Below, piece by piece: positions 1 through 10,526 of a stretch of 24,000 bases of DNA. Source of the DNA: Pseudomonadota bacterium. Its GTDB lineage: Bacteria > Pseudomonadota > Gammaproteobacteria > Burkholderiales > Burkholderiaceae_C. Every line of letters starts with the position of its first letter. Position 1 is the stretch's first letter. Location: positions 20,497-44,496 of the forward strand of contig JBEEPT010000061.1 in NCBI GenBank assembly GCA_041190985.1, written 5' to 3'. The notes beneath the pieces were generated by a model that did not search any database, was not told where the DNA came from, and saw only the letters and a list, made by a program, of their open reading frames with translations. The translations under genes were made by a program, and so were the position numbers.

Positions 1-2
1 AA

Positions 3-791
3 AACATCCTCCCGAGCGACCACGCCGAAGCCAAGACCTCGCGCGGCATACAGAGCGTGGAGGTGGGAGGGCAGCTGCTCAAGGCGCTGGCGCGCAGCGG
101 CCACGGCATGGCGCTCAAGGACCTGGCGCGCGCGGCCGAGATGACGCCGGCCAAGGCGCATCCCTATCTGGTGAGCTTCGGCAAGCTCGGCCTGATCGAG
201 CAGGACCCCGCCAGCGGCCATTACGGGCTCGGGCCGCTCGCGATGCAGCTCGGCCTGATCAGCCTGCAGCAGGTCGATCCGGTGCGGCTGGCGATCGCGG
301 CGCTGCCCGCGCTGGCGCAGCAGCTCGGCTGCACGGTCTCGGTCGCGGTCTGGGGCAGTGGTGAGCCCATCATCATCCGGGTGGAGGAGGGGCCGACGCC
401 GATCCATATCTCGATGCGGCACGGCATCGCGGCCTCGACTCGGCACACCGCGACCGGCAAGGTGTTCGCTGCCCTGCACCCGCGCGCCGAAGTCGCGGCC
501 GCGCTGGCCAAGGAGGGCCACGCCGGCGACCTGGACGACCCGGGCTTCGCCGCCGAGCTCGAGGCGGTGCGCGCCACGGGTCTGAGCCGGGTGCAGGACG
601 AGCTGCTGCCGGGCATCAGCGGCCTGGCCGCGCCGGTCTTCGACGGCTTCGGCCAGCTCGCGCTCGTGATCGCGGCGATCGGCCCGAGCCACCAGCTGCA
701 GCTGGCGCCGGGCAGCCCGCAGGCGCGTGCGCTGGTGCAGCTGGCGCAGGAGTTGAGCCGCCGCCTGGGCGCGACCAACTTGCCGGGCTGA
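3..791 (+). CDS. IclR-family transcriptional regulator, 5'-truncated by the window edge
   Basis: The frame is open from nt 3 (NILPSDHAEAKTSRGIQSVEVGG...), so the start at 57 in the ORF track is probably internal. There is an N-terminal wHTH-like segment (LKDLARAAEMTPAKAHPYLVSFGKLGLIEQD) followed by an IclR-type effector domain (ATGKVFAA, GISGLAAPVFD). The family call is from recalled architecture only. Confidence 0.75.
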   Translation, partial: NILPSDHAEAKTSRGIQSVEVGGQLLKALARSGHGMALKDLARAAEMTPAKAHPYLVSFGKLGLIEQDPASGHYGLGPLAMQLGLISLQQVDPVRLAIAALPALAQQLGCTVSVAVWGSGEPIIIRVEEGPTPIHISMRHGIAASTRHTATGKVFAALHPRAEVAAALAKEGHAGDLDDPGFAAELEAVRATGLSRVQDELLPGISGLAAPVFDGFGQLALVIAAIGPSHQLQLAPGSPQARALVQLAQELSRRLGATNLPG

Positions 792-909
792 GCACGGCCG
801 TCAGGGGGCGGCAGCCCGAATGCCGGCGTGGCGCTTGCCTGCTGTCTTTTTTCTCACAAATAGTTGCGTGCGCATGCATCCATAGATAAACTGCCAGCCA
901 AGGAAAACA

Positions 910-1386
910 ATGCCCATGACCACCACCGCACATGACCGGCAGACGCCTGAGGCAGGCATGGGGCTGGAGCGCACGCTCAGCTACCGCCTGCACCTGCTGC
1001 ACAAGCTGACCGACCAGCAGAGCCAGCACGCCTACCCGCGCGAGACCGGACTGACGCTGAGCGACGGCCGCTGCCTGGCCACGATCGGCAGCTTCGAGCC
1101 GGTCTCGGTCAAGGACCTGGCCGAGCGCGCCAACCTCGACAAGGGCCAGGCCAGCCGCGCGGCGCAGGCCCTGGTGGAGCAGGGCCTGGTCAGCAAGCAG
1201 GCCAGTCCGCAGGACAGCCGGGCCGTGCTGCTGGCGCTCACGCCCGCCGGCCGCCAGGCCTGGGCGCGGACCATGGCGCTGATCGAGCGTCGCAACGAGG
1301 AGATGTTCGCCTGCCTGAGCCCGGCCGAGCGCGCCAGCCTGGGCGAGATGCTCGACCGGCTGATACGACAGGCGCGCGAAGCCTGA
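910..1386 (+). CDS. MarR-family transcriptional regulator
   Basis: 158 aa. The central winged-helix pattern VSVKDLAERANLDKGQASRAAQALVEQGLVSKQASPQDSRAVLLALTPAGR is typical of MarR. An AAGGAAAA Shine-Dalgarno-like element lies at 900-907. The stop is 29 nt before the next gene, so co-transcription is likely. Confidence 0.85.
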   Translation: MPMTTTAHDRQTPEAGMGLERTLSYRLHLLHKLTDQQSQHAYPRETGLTLSDGRCLATIGSFEPVSVKDLAERANLDKGQASRAAQALVEQGLVSKQASPQDSRAVLLALTPAGRQAWARTMALIERRNEEMFACLSPAERASLGEMLDRLIRQAREA

Positions 1387-1415
1387 ACCCCATACCCACC
1401 CAGCAGGAGACCTTC

Positions 1416-3107
1416 ATGCATCAGCCGACGACCGAGGCCCGTCCGTCCATCTACTACGACTACCAGGTGTTCGAGCCCTGGCTGCCGTCGCGCCATCCCG
1501 CGCAGTCGCGCCAGCGGGTCGTGATCGCCGGCTCTGGCCCCGCGGGCATGGTGGCCGCGCTGGAGCTGGCGCGCCATGGCGTGCCGAGCGTGATCGTCAC
1601 GTCCGAGCTGCAGTTCTCGCCGGGCAGCCGCGCCATCGTCTTCACCCGGCGCTCGATGGAGATCCTGCAGCAGGTCGGCGTGGCCGCTCGCATGAGCGCG
1701 GGCGGACTGCCCTGGCGCTTCGGCAATTCCTACTACCGCGGCCAGCGCGTGTTCCGCATGGAGGCGCCGCACGATCCGGACGACCGCTTCGGACCGCTGC
1801 TCAACGTGCAGCAGCAGTACCTGGAGGAATACCTGCACGACGCCTGCGCCGCCAGCGAGCTGATCGACTTCCGCTGGGGCAACAAGGTGACGCAGGTCAG
1901 GCAGCAGGACGGCTACGCCGAGGTCGTGGTCGACACGCCCGAGGGCGAGTACACGCTGGAGACCGACTGGCTGGTCGCGGCCGACGGCGGGCGCTCGGGC
2001 ATCCGCAGCGCGATGAACCTGCAGATGGAGGGCGCCTCGTACGAGGGCTTCTTCGTGATCGCCGACATCAAGATCGACCTGCCACTGCCGACCGAGCGCC
2101 TGGCCTTCTTCGACCCCGAGTGGAACCCGGGCAACACGGTGCTGATGCACCGCGAACCGAACGGCATCTGGCGCGTCGACTACCAGCTGCCCGAGGGCGA
2201 GACACCCGAGCAGGCGCTCGCGCCCGAGTCGCTCAAGGCCCGCATCGACGCCCAGCTGGCCATGATCGGCCACGCCGGCGTGCCGTGGGAGATGGACTGG
2301 TGCTCGGTCTATTCCGCCCGCACCCTGACGCTGCCCGACTATGTGCACGGCAGCGTGATCTTCACCGGCGATGCGGCGCACCTGCTGCCGATCTTCGGCG
2401 TGCGCGGCGCCAACACCGCGTTCCAGGACGCGCAGTCGCTGGGCTGGCAACTCGCCTACGTGGTCAAGGGGCTGGCCGGGCGCAAGCTGCTGGCCAACCA
2501 CAGCGCCGAGCGCGTCGGCGCGGCGCGCGAGATCATCGCGGAGGCGGGCAAGAGCGTGCGCTTCATGACGCCGCCCAGCCGCGGCTTCCGGCTGCTGCGC
2601 GACGCGGTGCTGTCGCTGTCGCTGCAGCACGAGTTCGTGCGCCCGCTCTACCACTGGCGCACCTCGCGTCCGCATGAGTACACCGATTCCGTGCTCAACA
2701 GCACCGGCGACGACAACGCGCTGTTCAATGCCGGGCCGGCGCACGGCGCGCCGCCGCAGAACGTGCGCCTGGCCCCCGACGACTACCTGCTCGACCACCT
2801 GGGCGGGGGCTTCGACCTGCTCTACTTCACTGACGCGGATGCGATCCCGGCGGCGTTGCAGGCAGTGATCGCCGAGACGCGCGCGCGCGGCGTGGCGCTG
2901 CGGGTGGTCGCGGTGGGCGCGCAGCAGCCGGTGGCCGGCGCCGAGCTGACGCTGGCCGATGCCGACGGCCACCTGCGCGAACGCTACGGCGTGCGCGCCA
3001 GCGGCGCGGCCTACCTGCTGCGGCCCGACCAGCATGTCTGCGCGCGCTGGCTGACGCTCGATGCGGTGCGACTGCAGGCCGCCCTGAACGCCGCATTGCC
3101 CGTCTGA
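1416..3107 (+). CDS. FAD-dependent aromatic-ring hydroxylase (group A flavoprotein monooxygenase, PheA/TfdB/MhpA-like, with C-terminal thioredoxin-like domain)
   Basis: 563 aa. Three motifs support the call: GxGxxG dinucleotide fold (VVIAGSGPAGMVAALELARHG), DG motif (LVAADGGRSGIRSAM), and GD motif (IFTGDAAHLLPIFGVRGANTAFQDAQSLGWQLA). The C-terminal ~150 aa ends with YLLRPDQHVCARW, like MhpA-type enzymes. GGAGA RBS at 1405-1409. Confidence 0.88.
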   Translation: MHQPTTEARPSIYYDYQVFEPWLPSRHPAQSRQRVVIAGSGPAGMVAALELARHGVPSVIVTSELQFSPGSRAIVFTRRSMEILQQVGVAARMSAGGLPWRFGNSYYRGQRVFRMEAPHDPDDRFGPLLNVQQQYLEEYLHDACAASELIDFRWGNKVTQVRQQDGYAEVVVDTPEGEYTLETDWLVAADGGRSGIRSAMNLQMEGASYEGFFVIADIKIDLPLPTERLAFFDPEWNPGNTVLMHREPNGIWRVDYQLPEGETPEQALAPESLKARIDAQLAMIGHAGVPWEMDWCSVYSARTLTLPDYVHGSVIFTGDAAHLLPIFGVRGANTAFQDAQSLGWQLAYVVKGLAGRKLLANHSAERVGAAREIIAEAGKSVRFMTPPSRGFRLLRDAVLSLSLQHEFVRPLYHWRTSRPHEYTDSVLNSTGDDNALFNAGPAHGAPPQNVRLAPDDYLLDHLGGGFDLLYFTDADAIPAALQAVIAETRARGVALRVVAVGAQQPVAGAELTLADADGHLRERYGVRASGAAYLLRPDQHVCARWLTLDAVRLQAALNAALPV

Positions 3108-3139
3108 GAGCGGGTCAGCCCGAGATCAAGGAGTCCATC

Positions 3140-3334
3140 ATGTCCACCCCCGACAAATCCCTGAACATCGCCGGCCTGGAGACCGCCTACGACGCGCTCG
3201 CCACGGCCATGGACCGCGCCGGTCCCGAGCAGTCCGAGCTCTTCCTGGTCAAGCTGGCGCTGCTGAGCGCCAACGCGCTGGCCGACGAGCGGGCCTTCCA
3301 GGGCTTGCTCGACGCCGCGCTGCAGGACCTCTGA
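3140..3334 (+). CDS. Small (64 aa) helical protein, DUF2783-like; possible coupling partner of the upstream hydroxylase
   Basis: Good RBS (AAGGAG at 3128-3133), host-like codon usage, and only 32 nt after the hydroxylase stop. The DUF2783 assignment rests on my recollection that such ~60-70 aa proteins follow this hydroxylase type. It is not verified. Confidence 0.55.
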   Translation: MSTPDKSLNIAGLETAYDALATAMDRAGPEQSELFLVKLALLSANALADERAFQGLLDAALQDL

Positions 3335-3413
3335 GGCGGCTTTACGGCCGGGCCCGCGTCGCCAGGCCAGCCAGGCCGGCGGGGCGGTGCCGAAGCGTTA
3401 CCATCTCGACCGT

Positions 3414-4376
3414 ATGTCTGAAAAACCTGTATCAACCCATATCGATGCCCTGCTGCATGATTTTTGCCAGCAAGGCAGGGTGCAGGCCGGCTCGCTGATT
3501 ATCACGGTCTTCGGGGACGCGTTCCTGCCGCGCGGCGGCCGCATCTGGCTCGGCAGCCTGATCCGCCTGCTGCAGCCGCTGGATGTCAACGAGCGGCTGG
3601 TGCGCACCTCGGTGTTCCGTCTGGTCAAGGACGAATGGCTGCGCACCGAGGCCGCCGGCCGGCGCTCGGACTACCTGCTGACCGAATCCGGCCAGCGCCG
3701 CTTCGAGGCGGCGGCGCGCCAGATCTACGCGGCCGACATCCCGCTGTGGGACCGGCGCTGGCGGCTGATCCTGCAGACGCGCGACCTCGACCCGAGGCGG
3801 CGCGAAGCCCTGCGCCGCGCGCTCTACTGGCAGGGCTTCGGCGAGCTGACGGCCGGCTGCTTCGTCCACCCCGGCGCCGACCTGGTGCGTGCCTTCGACG
3901 CGCTGGCCGCGGAAGGCCTGCAGGATCTGCTGCCCGCGCTGATGCCGCTGCTGGCGGCCGATCCGGTGCTGGAGCAGTCGGCGTCGGCGCCCGACATGGT
4001 CGCGCGCGCCTGGAACCTGGGTGATCTGGCCGCCGCCTACGAGGTGTTCACGCAGCGCTACCGGCCCCTGCTGGGCGAGGCGTCGGCAGCACCTGCGCTC
4101 GATCCGGAGCGCGCCTTCCTGGCGCGCATCCTGCTGATTCACGACTTCCGGCGGCTGCTGCTGCGCGACCCGCAACTGCCAGCAGACCTGCTACCCGCGG
4201 ACTGGCCCGGACAGCGCGCCCGTGCGCTGTGCCGGGAGCTCTACCGCCGCCTGCTGGCGCCATCCGAGCTCCATCTCGACCGTTGCATGCAACTGGCCAG
4301 TGGCGCCACGCCGCCGGCGTCGCGCACGCTGGAGTCGCGCTTCCTGCCCTCCGATCCGCTTGCCGCCGGCATTTGA
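3414..4376 (+). CDS. paaX: Phenylacetic acid degradation operon negative regulator PaaX
   Basis: Collinear with E. coli PaaX: SLIITVFGDAFLPRGGRIWLGSLIRLLQPLDVNERLVRTSVFRLVKDEWL...GRRSDYLLTESGQRRF. The ATG at 3414 gives an N-terminus of the same length as E. coli PaaX. The ORF-track start (GTG 3387) is an alternative. Confidence 0.9.
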   Translation: MSEKPVSTHIDALLHDFCQQGRVQAGSLIITVFGDAFLPRGGRIWLGSLIRLLQPLDVNERLVRTSVFRLVKDEWLRTEAAGRRSDYLLTESGQRRFEAAARQIYAADIPLWDRRWRLILQTRDLDPRRREALRRALYWQGFGELTAGCFVHPGADLVRAFDALAAEGLQDLLPALMPLLAADPVLEQSASAPDMVARAWNLGDLAAAYEVFTQRYRPLLGEASAAPALDPERAFLARILLIHDFRRLLLRDPQLPADLLPADWPGQRARALCRELYRRLLAPSELHLDRCMQLASGATPPASRTLESRFLPSDPLAAGI

Positions 4377-4548
4377 GGGCAGGGCGATCCTGGCCGCAAG
4401 GGCCGCCCGCTCACCGCTGCGGCTCAGCGCGGGCGTCCAGCCACCCTCTATTCCGTCATCCAGCCCCCTCGAGCCTAGACCCGATGGGGCTTTTCTGTTT
4501 TCATTTCCGGTTGGGATCCGCTTTCGTCTCAGGGTTTTCCCTGAACTA

Positions 4549-4600
4549 TTGATCTGGATCAACGTGATACAGTTTTCTCTAACAAGTAAACAAAACTGTA
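4549..4600. promoter_or_regulatory. Candidate operator/promoter region of the paa operon: two perfect inverted repeats in an AT-rich patch
   Basis: TTGATC-TG-GATCAA at 4549-4562. TACAGTTTT-N15-AAAACTGTA at 4568-4600, with 9-bp perfect arms. It ends 55 nt upstream of the paaN ATG, in the only AT-rich stretch of the 280-bp paaX-paaN spacer. Which regulator binds (PaaX or another) is inference. Confidence 0.35.
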
Positions 4601-4655
4601 ACGCGTTTGGGTCGGGCGGCAAGGCCGCGGACCCCGACCTCACTTCGGAGCCCGC

Positions 4656-6323
4656 ATGTCGCACCCCCTGTTCGAGAAGCACCGCGCCACCCTGGATGGC
4701 GCCCTCAACGCCATCGCCACCCGCGGCTACTGGTCACCCTACAGCGAGATGCCCAGCCCCAAGGTCTATGGCGAGACCGCCGCGGCCGACGGCAAGGCCG
4801 CCTACGAGGCTCATCTGGGCCGCAATTTCGAGCTCGGCCAGCCGGGCCAGACCGGCTGGGGCGGCAAGGAGAGCTCGCCCTACGGCGCAGCACTCGACGT
4901 GCGCTATCCCGTCTGCGATCCCGAGGCCCTGGTCGCAGCCGGGCAGGCCGCGATGAAGGGCTGGCAGGCGATCGGCGCAGCCGGGCGCACCGGCATCTGC
5001 CTCGAGATCCTGGACCGCATCTACCGTCAGAGCTTCGAGATGGGCCACGCCGTCATGATGACCACCGGCCAGGGCTGGATGATGGCCTTCCAGGCCGGCG
5101 CTGCGCACGCGCTCGACCGCGGCCTGGAGTCGGTGGCCTACGCCTGGCGCGAGCAGAGCTTCGTGCCGGCCGAGTCGCATTGGGAAAAGCCCCAGGGCAA
5201 GAACCCGGCCCTGGTGATGAAGAAGCACTACGAGATCGTCGGCCGCGGCGTGGCCCTGGTGATTGGCTGCGGCACCTTCCCGACCTGGAACACCTATCCC
5301 GGCCTGTTCGCGGCGCTGGCCACCGGCAACGCGGTGATCGTCAAGCCGCACAGCAACGCCATCCTGCCGGCTGCCATCACCGTGCGCACCATCCGCGCCG
5401 TGCTGGCCGACAACGGCATCGACCCCAACCTCGTGACCCTGTGCGTGGCCGAGCAGCGCAGCGCCACCCAGGCCCTGGCCACCCACCCGGCGGTCAAGTC
5501 GGTCGACTTCACCGGCAGCAACGTGTTCGGCCAGTGGCTGATCGACAACGCCAGGCAGGCCCAGGTCTACGCCGAGCTCGCCGGCGTCAACAACGTCGTG
5601 ATCGAGTCGACCGACAACTACAAGGCGATGCTGGCCAACCTGGCGTTCACGCTCTCGCTCTACTCGGGCCAGATGTGCACCACCACCCAGGCCATCATCG
5701 TGCCGGCCGGCGGCATCGAGACCGACCAGGGCCCCAAGAGCTACGACGAGGTCTGCGCCGACCTGGCGGGCGCGCTGCAGAAGTTCCTGTCCAGGCCCGA
5801 GGTGGCCTGCGCAGTGCTGGGCGCGATCCAGTCCGGCGCCACGCTCGACCGCATCGCCGAGGCCGGCAGCGGCCGCCTGGGCCGCGTCGTGCTGGCATCG
5901 ACCAAGATCGACAACCCCGAATTCCCGGGCGCCGAGGTGCGCACCCCGGTGCTGCTGGCAGTCGACGCAGCCGACGAGGCCGCCTACATGGAGGAGCGCT
6001 TCGGCCCGATCGCCTTCGTCGTCAAGGCCGCCGACGCACAGGCCGCGATCGCCCTGTCCGAGCGCATCGTCAGCACCCATGGCGCGCTGACCGTCGGCCT
6101 GTACTCGACCAAGCCGGAAGTCGTCGACGCCATGACCGAAGCCAGCTGGCGCGGCAAGGTGGCGCTGTCCATCAACCTGTGCGGCGGCGTGTTCGTCAAC
6201 CAGTCCTCGGCCTATTCCGACTACCACGGCACTGGCGGCAACCCCTCGGCCAACGCCTCCTACGCGGACTCGGCCTTCGTCGCCAACCGCTTCCGCGTCG
6301 TGCAGCGCCGCTACCACGTCTGA
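4656..6323 (+). CDS. paaN: Phenylacetic acid degradation protein PaaN (ring-opening aldehyde dehydrogenase, stand-alone ALDH without MaoC hydratase domain)
   Basis: 555 aa. PaaN-type N-terminus (HPLFEKHRATLDGALNAIATRGYWSPYSEMPSPKVYGE). ALDH catalytic Cys context (LYSGQMCTTTQAI). It heads the paa operon. GGAG RBS at 4644-4647. Confidence 0.9.
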   Translation: MSHPLFEKHRATLDGALNAIATRGYWSPYSEMPSPKVYGETAAADGKAAYEAHLGRNFELGQPGQTGWGGKESSPYGAALDVRYPVCDPEALVAAGQAAMKGWQAIGAAGRTGICLEILDRIYRQSFEMGHAVMMTTGQGWMMAFQAGAAHALDRGLESVAYAWREQSFVPAESHWEKPQGKNPALVMKKHYEIVGRGVALVIGCGTFPTWNTYPGLFAALATGNAVIVKPHSNAILPAAITVRTIRAVLADNGIDPNLVTLCVAEQRSATQALATHPAVKSVDFTGSNVFGQWLIDNARQAQVYAELAGVNNVVIESTDNYKAMLANLAFTLSLYSGQMCTTTQAIIVPAGGIETDQGPKSYDEVCADLAGALQKFLSRPEVACAVLGAIQSGATLDRIAEAGSGRLGRVVLASTKIDNPEFPGAEVRTPVLLAVDAADEAAYMEERFGPIAFVVKAADAQAAIALSERIVSTHGALTVGLYSTKPEVVDAMTEASWRGKVALSINLCGGVFVNQSSAYSDYHGTGGNPSANASYADSAFVANRFRVVQRRYHV

Positions 6324-6338
6324 GCTGGGGCGTACGAG

Positions 6339-7139
6339 ATGAGCTACCAACATATCCTGTTTGCGATCAGCGACAGCGGCGTGGCCCGCCTGACGCTGAA
6401 CCGCCCGGACAAGATGAACAGCTTCAACGCCGGGATGCACGCCGAGCTGCGCGACGCGCTCGACGCCATCCAGGCCGACCCGACCGTGCGCGTGCTGGTG
6501 ATCAGCGGTGCCGGCCGCGGTTTCTGCGCCGGCCAGGACCTGTCCGACCCCGAGGCGCGCTGCGTGCCCGGCGACACGCCGCCCGACCTCGGCGACCTGG
6601 TCGAACGCAACTACAAGCCGCTCGTCATGCGCCTGGCCAACCTGCGCGTGCCGACCATCGCCGCGGTCAACGGCATCGCGGCCGGTGCGGGCGCGAGCCT
6701 GGCGCTGGCCTGCGACATCGTGGTCGCAGCCCGGTCGGCGGCCTTCCTGCAGGCCTTCAGCAAGATCGGCCTGGTGCCCGACACCGGCAGCACCTGGTTC
6801 CTGCCGCAGCGCGTCGGCATGGCGCGCGCGATGGGCCTGGCGCTGCTGGCGGACAAGCTGCCGGCCGACAAGGCCGCCGAGTGGGGCCTGATCTGGGCCG
6901 CGTACGCGGACGAAGAGTTCGCCGCCAAGGTCGACGCGCTGGCCGAGCAGCTCGCCGCCATGCCGACCCGGGCGCTGGTGCGCACGCGCCAGCTCATGCA
7001 CGCCGCGCCGTCGCACACGCTCGAGCAGCAGCTGTCGATGGAAGGTGGCTTCATGCGCGAGCTCAGCCGCAGCGCCGACTTTGCCGAGGGCGTGTCCGCC
7101 TTCCTCGAAAAGCGCGCCCCGCGCTTCACCGGAGCCTGA
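6339..7139 (+). CDS. paaG: 1,2-epoxyphenylacetyl-CoA isomerase / oxepin-CoA-forming crotonase PaaG
   Basis: Near-collinear with E. coli PaaG along the whole length: LTLNRPDKMNSFN, SGAGRGFCAGQDL, AAVNGIAAGAGASLALACDIVVAARSA, and the C-terminal SADFAEGVSAFLEKRAPRFTG. Confidence 0.92.
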   Translation: MSYQHILFAISDSGVARLTLNRPDKMNSFNAGMHAELRDALDAIQADPTVRVLVISGAGRGFCAGQDLSDPEARCVPGDTPPDLGDLVERNYKPLVMRLANLRVPTIAAVNGIAAGAGASLALACDIVVAARSAAFLQAFSKIGLVPDTGSTWFLPQRVGMARAMGLALLADKLPADKAAEWGLIWAAYADEEFAAKVDALAEQLAAMPTRALVRTRQLMHAAPSHTLEQQLSMEGGFMRELSRSADFAEGVSAFLEKRAPRFTGA

Positions 7140-7141
7140 GC

Positions 7142-8669
<1,528 letters not shown>

Positions 8670-8677
<8 letters not shown>

Positions 8678-9134
8678 CGCCGTCCTCAGTCCCGAACAGG
8701 CCCAGGCCCGCGCCGATGCCGCCGCCAACGCCATGTGGTCGCGCGACGCCGCGACCCACGCCCTGGGCATGGAGCTGGTCGAGGTCGCTCCCGGGCGCGC
8801 CACCATGCGCATGCGCGTGCGTCCCGACATGGTCAACGGCCACCACATTTGCCACGGCGGCCTGATCTTCACGCTGGCCGACAGCGCCTTCGCCTACGCC
8901 TGCAACAGCTACAACCTCAGCACGGTCGCCTCGGCCTGCCACATCGACTTCCTGGCGCCGGGACGCGAGGGCGACCTGCTCGAGGCGGTGGCGCTCGAGC
9001 GCTCGGTCGCCGGGCGCACCGGCGTCTACGACGTCACGGTCAGCGTCGTCGGCGGCAAGACCGTCGCGCTGTTCCGCGGCAAGAGCTACCGCATCAAGGG
9101 CGAGGTCACCGCAAGCTTCGCGGCCGAGAGCTGA
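8670..9134 (+). CDS. paaI: Hydroxyphenylacetyl-CoA thioesterase PaaI (hotdog fold)
   Basis: 154 aa. PaaI-type motif MVNGHHICHGGLIFTLADSAFAYACN. The ATG overlaps the paaH stop by 8 nt, which suggests translational coupling. Confidence 0.9.
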
Positions 9135-9184
9135 GCCCGGACCACCGAGCCACCCGATACCCCGATCAGAAACAGAGGAACACC

Positions 9185-10510
9185 ATGACAAGCAAGCAAG
9201 CCCACCCCGGCGAACTGGACGCGATCGAGACCGCCAGCCGCGACGAGATCTCCGCGCTGCAGCTCGAGCGCCTGAAGTGGTCGCTGCGCCACAGCTACGA
9301 CAACGTCGCGCCCTACCGCGCCAAGTGCGAAGCCAAGGGGGTGCATCCCGACGACCTGCGCACGCTGGCCGACCTGTCCAAGTTCCCCTTCATGACGAAG
9401 ACGGACCTGCGCGACCACTATCCCTTCGGCCTGTTCGCCGTGCCGCGCGAGCGCGTCGCGCGCCTGCACGCCTCCAGCGGCACCACCGGCAAGTCCATCG
9501 TCGTGGGCTACACCCAGCAGGACATCTCCAACTGGGCCGGCCTGGTCGCGCGCTCGCTGCGCGCCGCCGGCGTGCGCCCGGGCGACATGGTGCACAACGC
9601 CTACGGCTACGGCATGTTCACCGGCGGCCTCGGCGCCCACTACGGCATCGAGCGCCTGGGCTGCACCGCGGTGCCGATGTCGGGCGGCCAGACCGAGAAG
9701 CAGGTCCAGCAGATCCTGGACTTCAAGCCCGACGCCATCATGGTCACGCCTTCGTACTCGCTGGTGATCGCCGAGGAGTTCGAGCGCCTGGGCATCGCGC
9801 CCGAGGACATCTCGCTCAAGGTCGGCATCTTCGGCGCCGAGCCCTGGGGCGAGGGCATGCGCGCCGAGATCGAGCGCAAGTTCGGCATCGACGCGATCGA
9901 CATCTACGGCCTGACCGAGGTCATGGGCCCGGGCGTGGCCTGCGAATGCATCGAGACCAAGGACGGCCCGGTGATCTGGGAAGACCATTTCTATCCCGAG
10001 ATCATCGACCCCGACACCGGCGAGGTGCTGCCCGACGGCTCCGAGGGCGAACTGGTCTTCACCTCGCTGACCAAGGAGGCCTTTCCGGTCATCCGCTACC
10101 GCACCCGCGACCTGACCCGCCTGCTGCCGCCGACCTCGCGAGCTTTTCGCCGCATCGGCAAGATCACCGGCAGATCCGACGACATGCTGATCGTGCGCGG
10201 CGTCAACATGTTCCCGACCCAGGTCGAGGAGCAGATCATGCGCGACCCGCGCCTGTCGGGCAACTACCAGATCGTGCTGACGCGCGACGGCCATCTCGAC
10301 AACGTCGAGATCCGCTGCGAGCTGCAGCATGCGCTCAGCGGCAAGCTGCTGCCGGCCGAGCTGCAGCAGATCGCGCGCGAACTGCAGCACCACATCAAGA
10401 CCATCATCGGCATCTCGACCCGGATCAGCGTGCTGGACGCCGACACCCTGCCTCGCACCGTGACCGGCAAGGCCAAGCGCGTGTTCGACGAGCGCCCCAA
10501 GCAGCTCTGA
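9185..10510 (+). CDS. paaK: Phenylacetate-CoA ligase PaaK
   Basis: 441 aa from the ATG at 9185, with GAGGAA at 9175-9180. AMP-forming motif LHASSGTTGKSIVVGYT. PaaK-type N-terminus (DAIETASRDEISALQLERLKWSLRHSY). C-terminal GRSDDMLIVRGVNMFPTQVEE. Confidence 0.93.
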   Translation: MTSKQAHPGELDAIETASRDEISALQLERLKWSLRHSYDNVAPYRAKCEAKGVHPDDLRTLADLSKFPFMTKTDLRDHYPFGLFAVPRERVARLHASSGTTGKSIVVGYTQQDISNWAGLVARSLRAAGVRPGDMVHNAYGYGMFTGGLGAHYGIERLGCTAVPMSGGQTEKQVQQILDFKPDAIMVTPSYSLVIAEEFERLGIAPEDISLKVGIFGAEPWGEGMRAEIERKFGIDAIDIYGLTEVMGPGVACECIETKDGPVIWEDHFYPEIIDPDTGEVLPDGSEGELVFTSLTKEAFPVIRYRTRDLTRLLPPTSRAFRRIGKITGRSDDMLIVRGVNMFPTQVEEQIMRDPRLSGNYQIVLTRDGHLDNVEIRCELQHALSGKLLPAELQQIARELQHHIKTIIGISTRISVLDADTLPRTVTGKAKRVFDERPKQL

Positions 10511-10526
10511 TCCGGGCCTGACCATC

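Noticed and set aside
864-892. Sigma70-like promoter TTGCGT-N17-TAAACT upstream of the MarR gene
   Set aside because: The hexamers match only 3/6 and 4/6. The implied transcript start would leave almost no leader before the RBS. The evidence is too weak to report as a feature.
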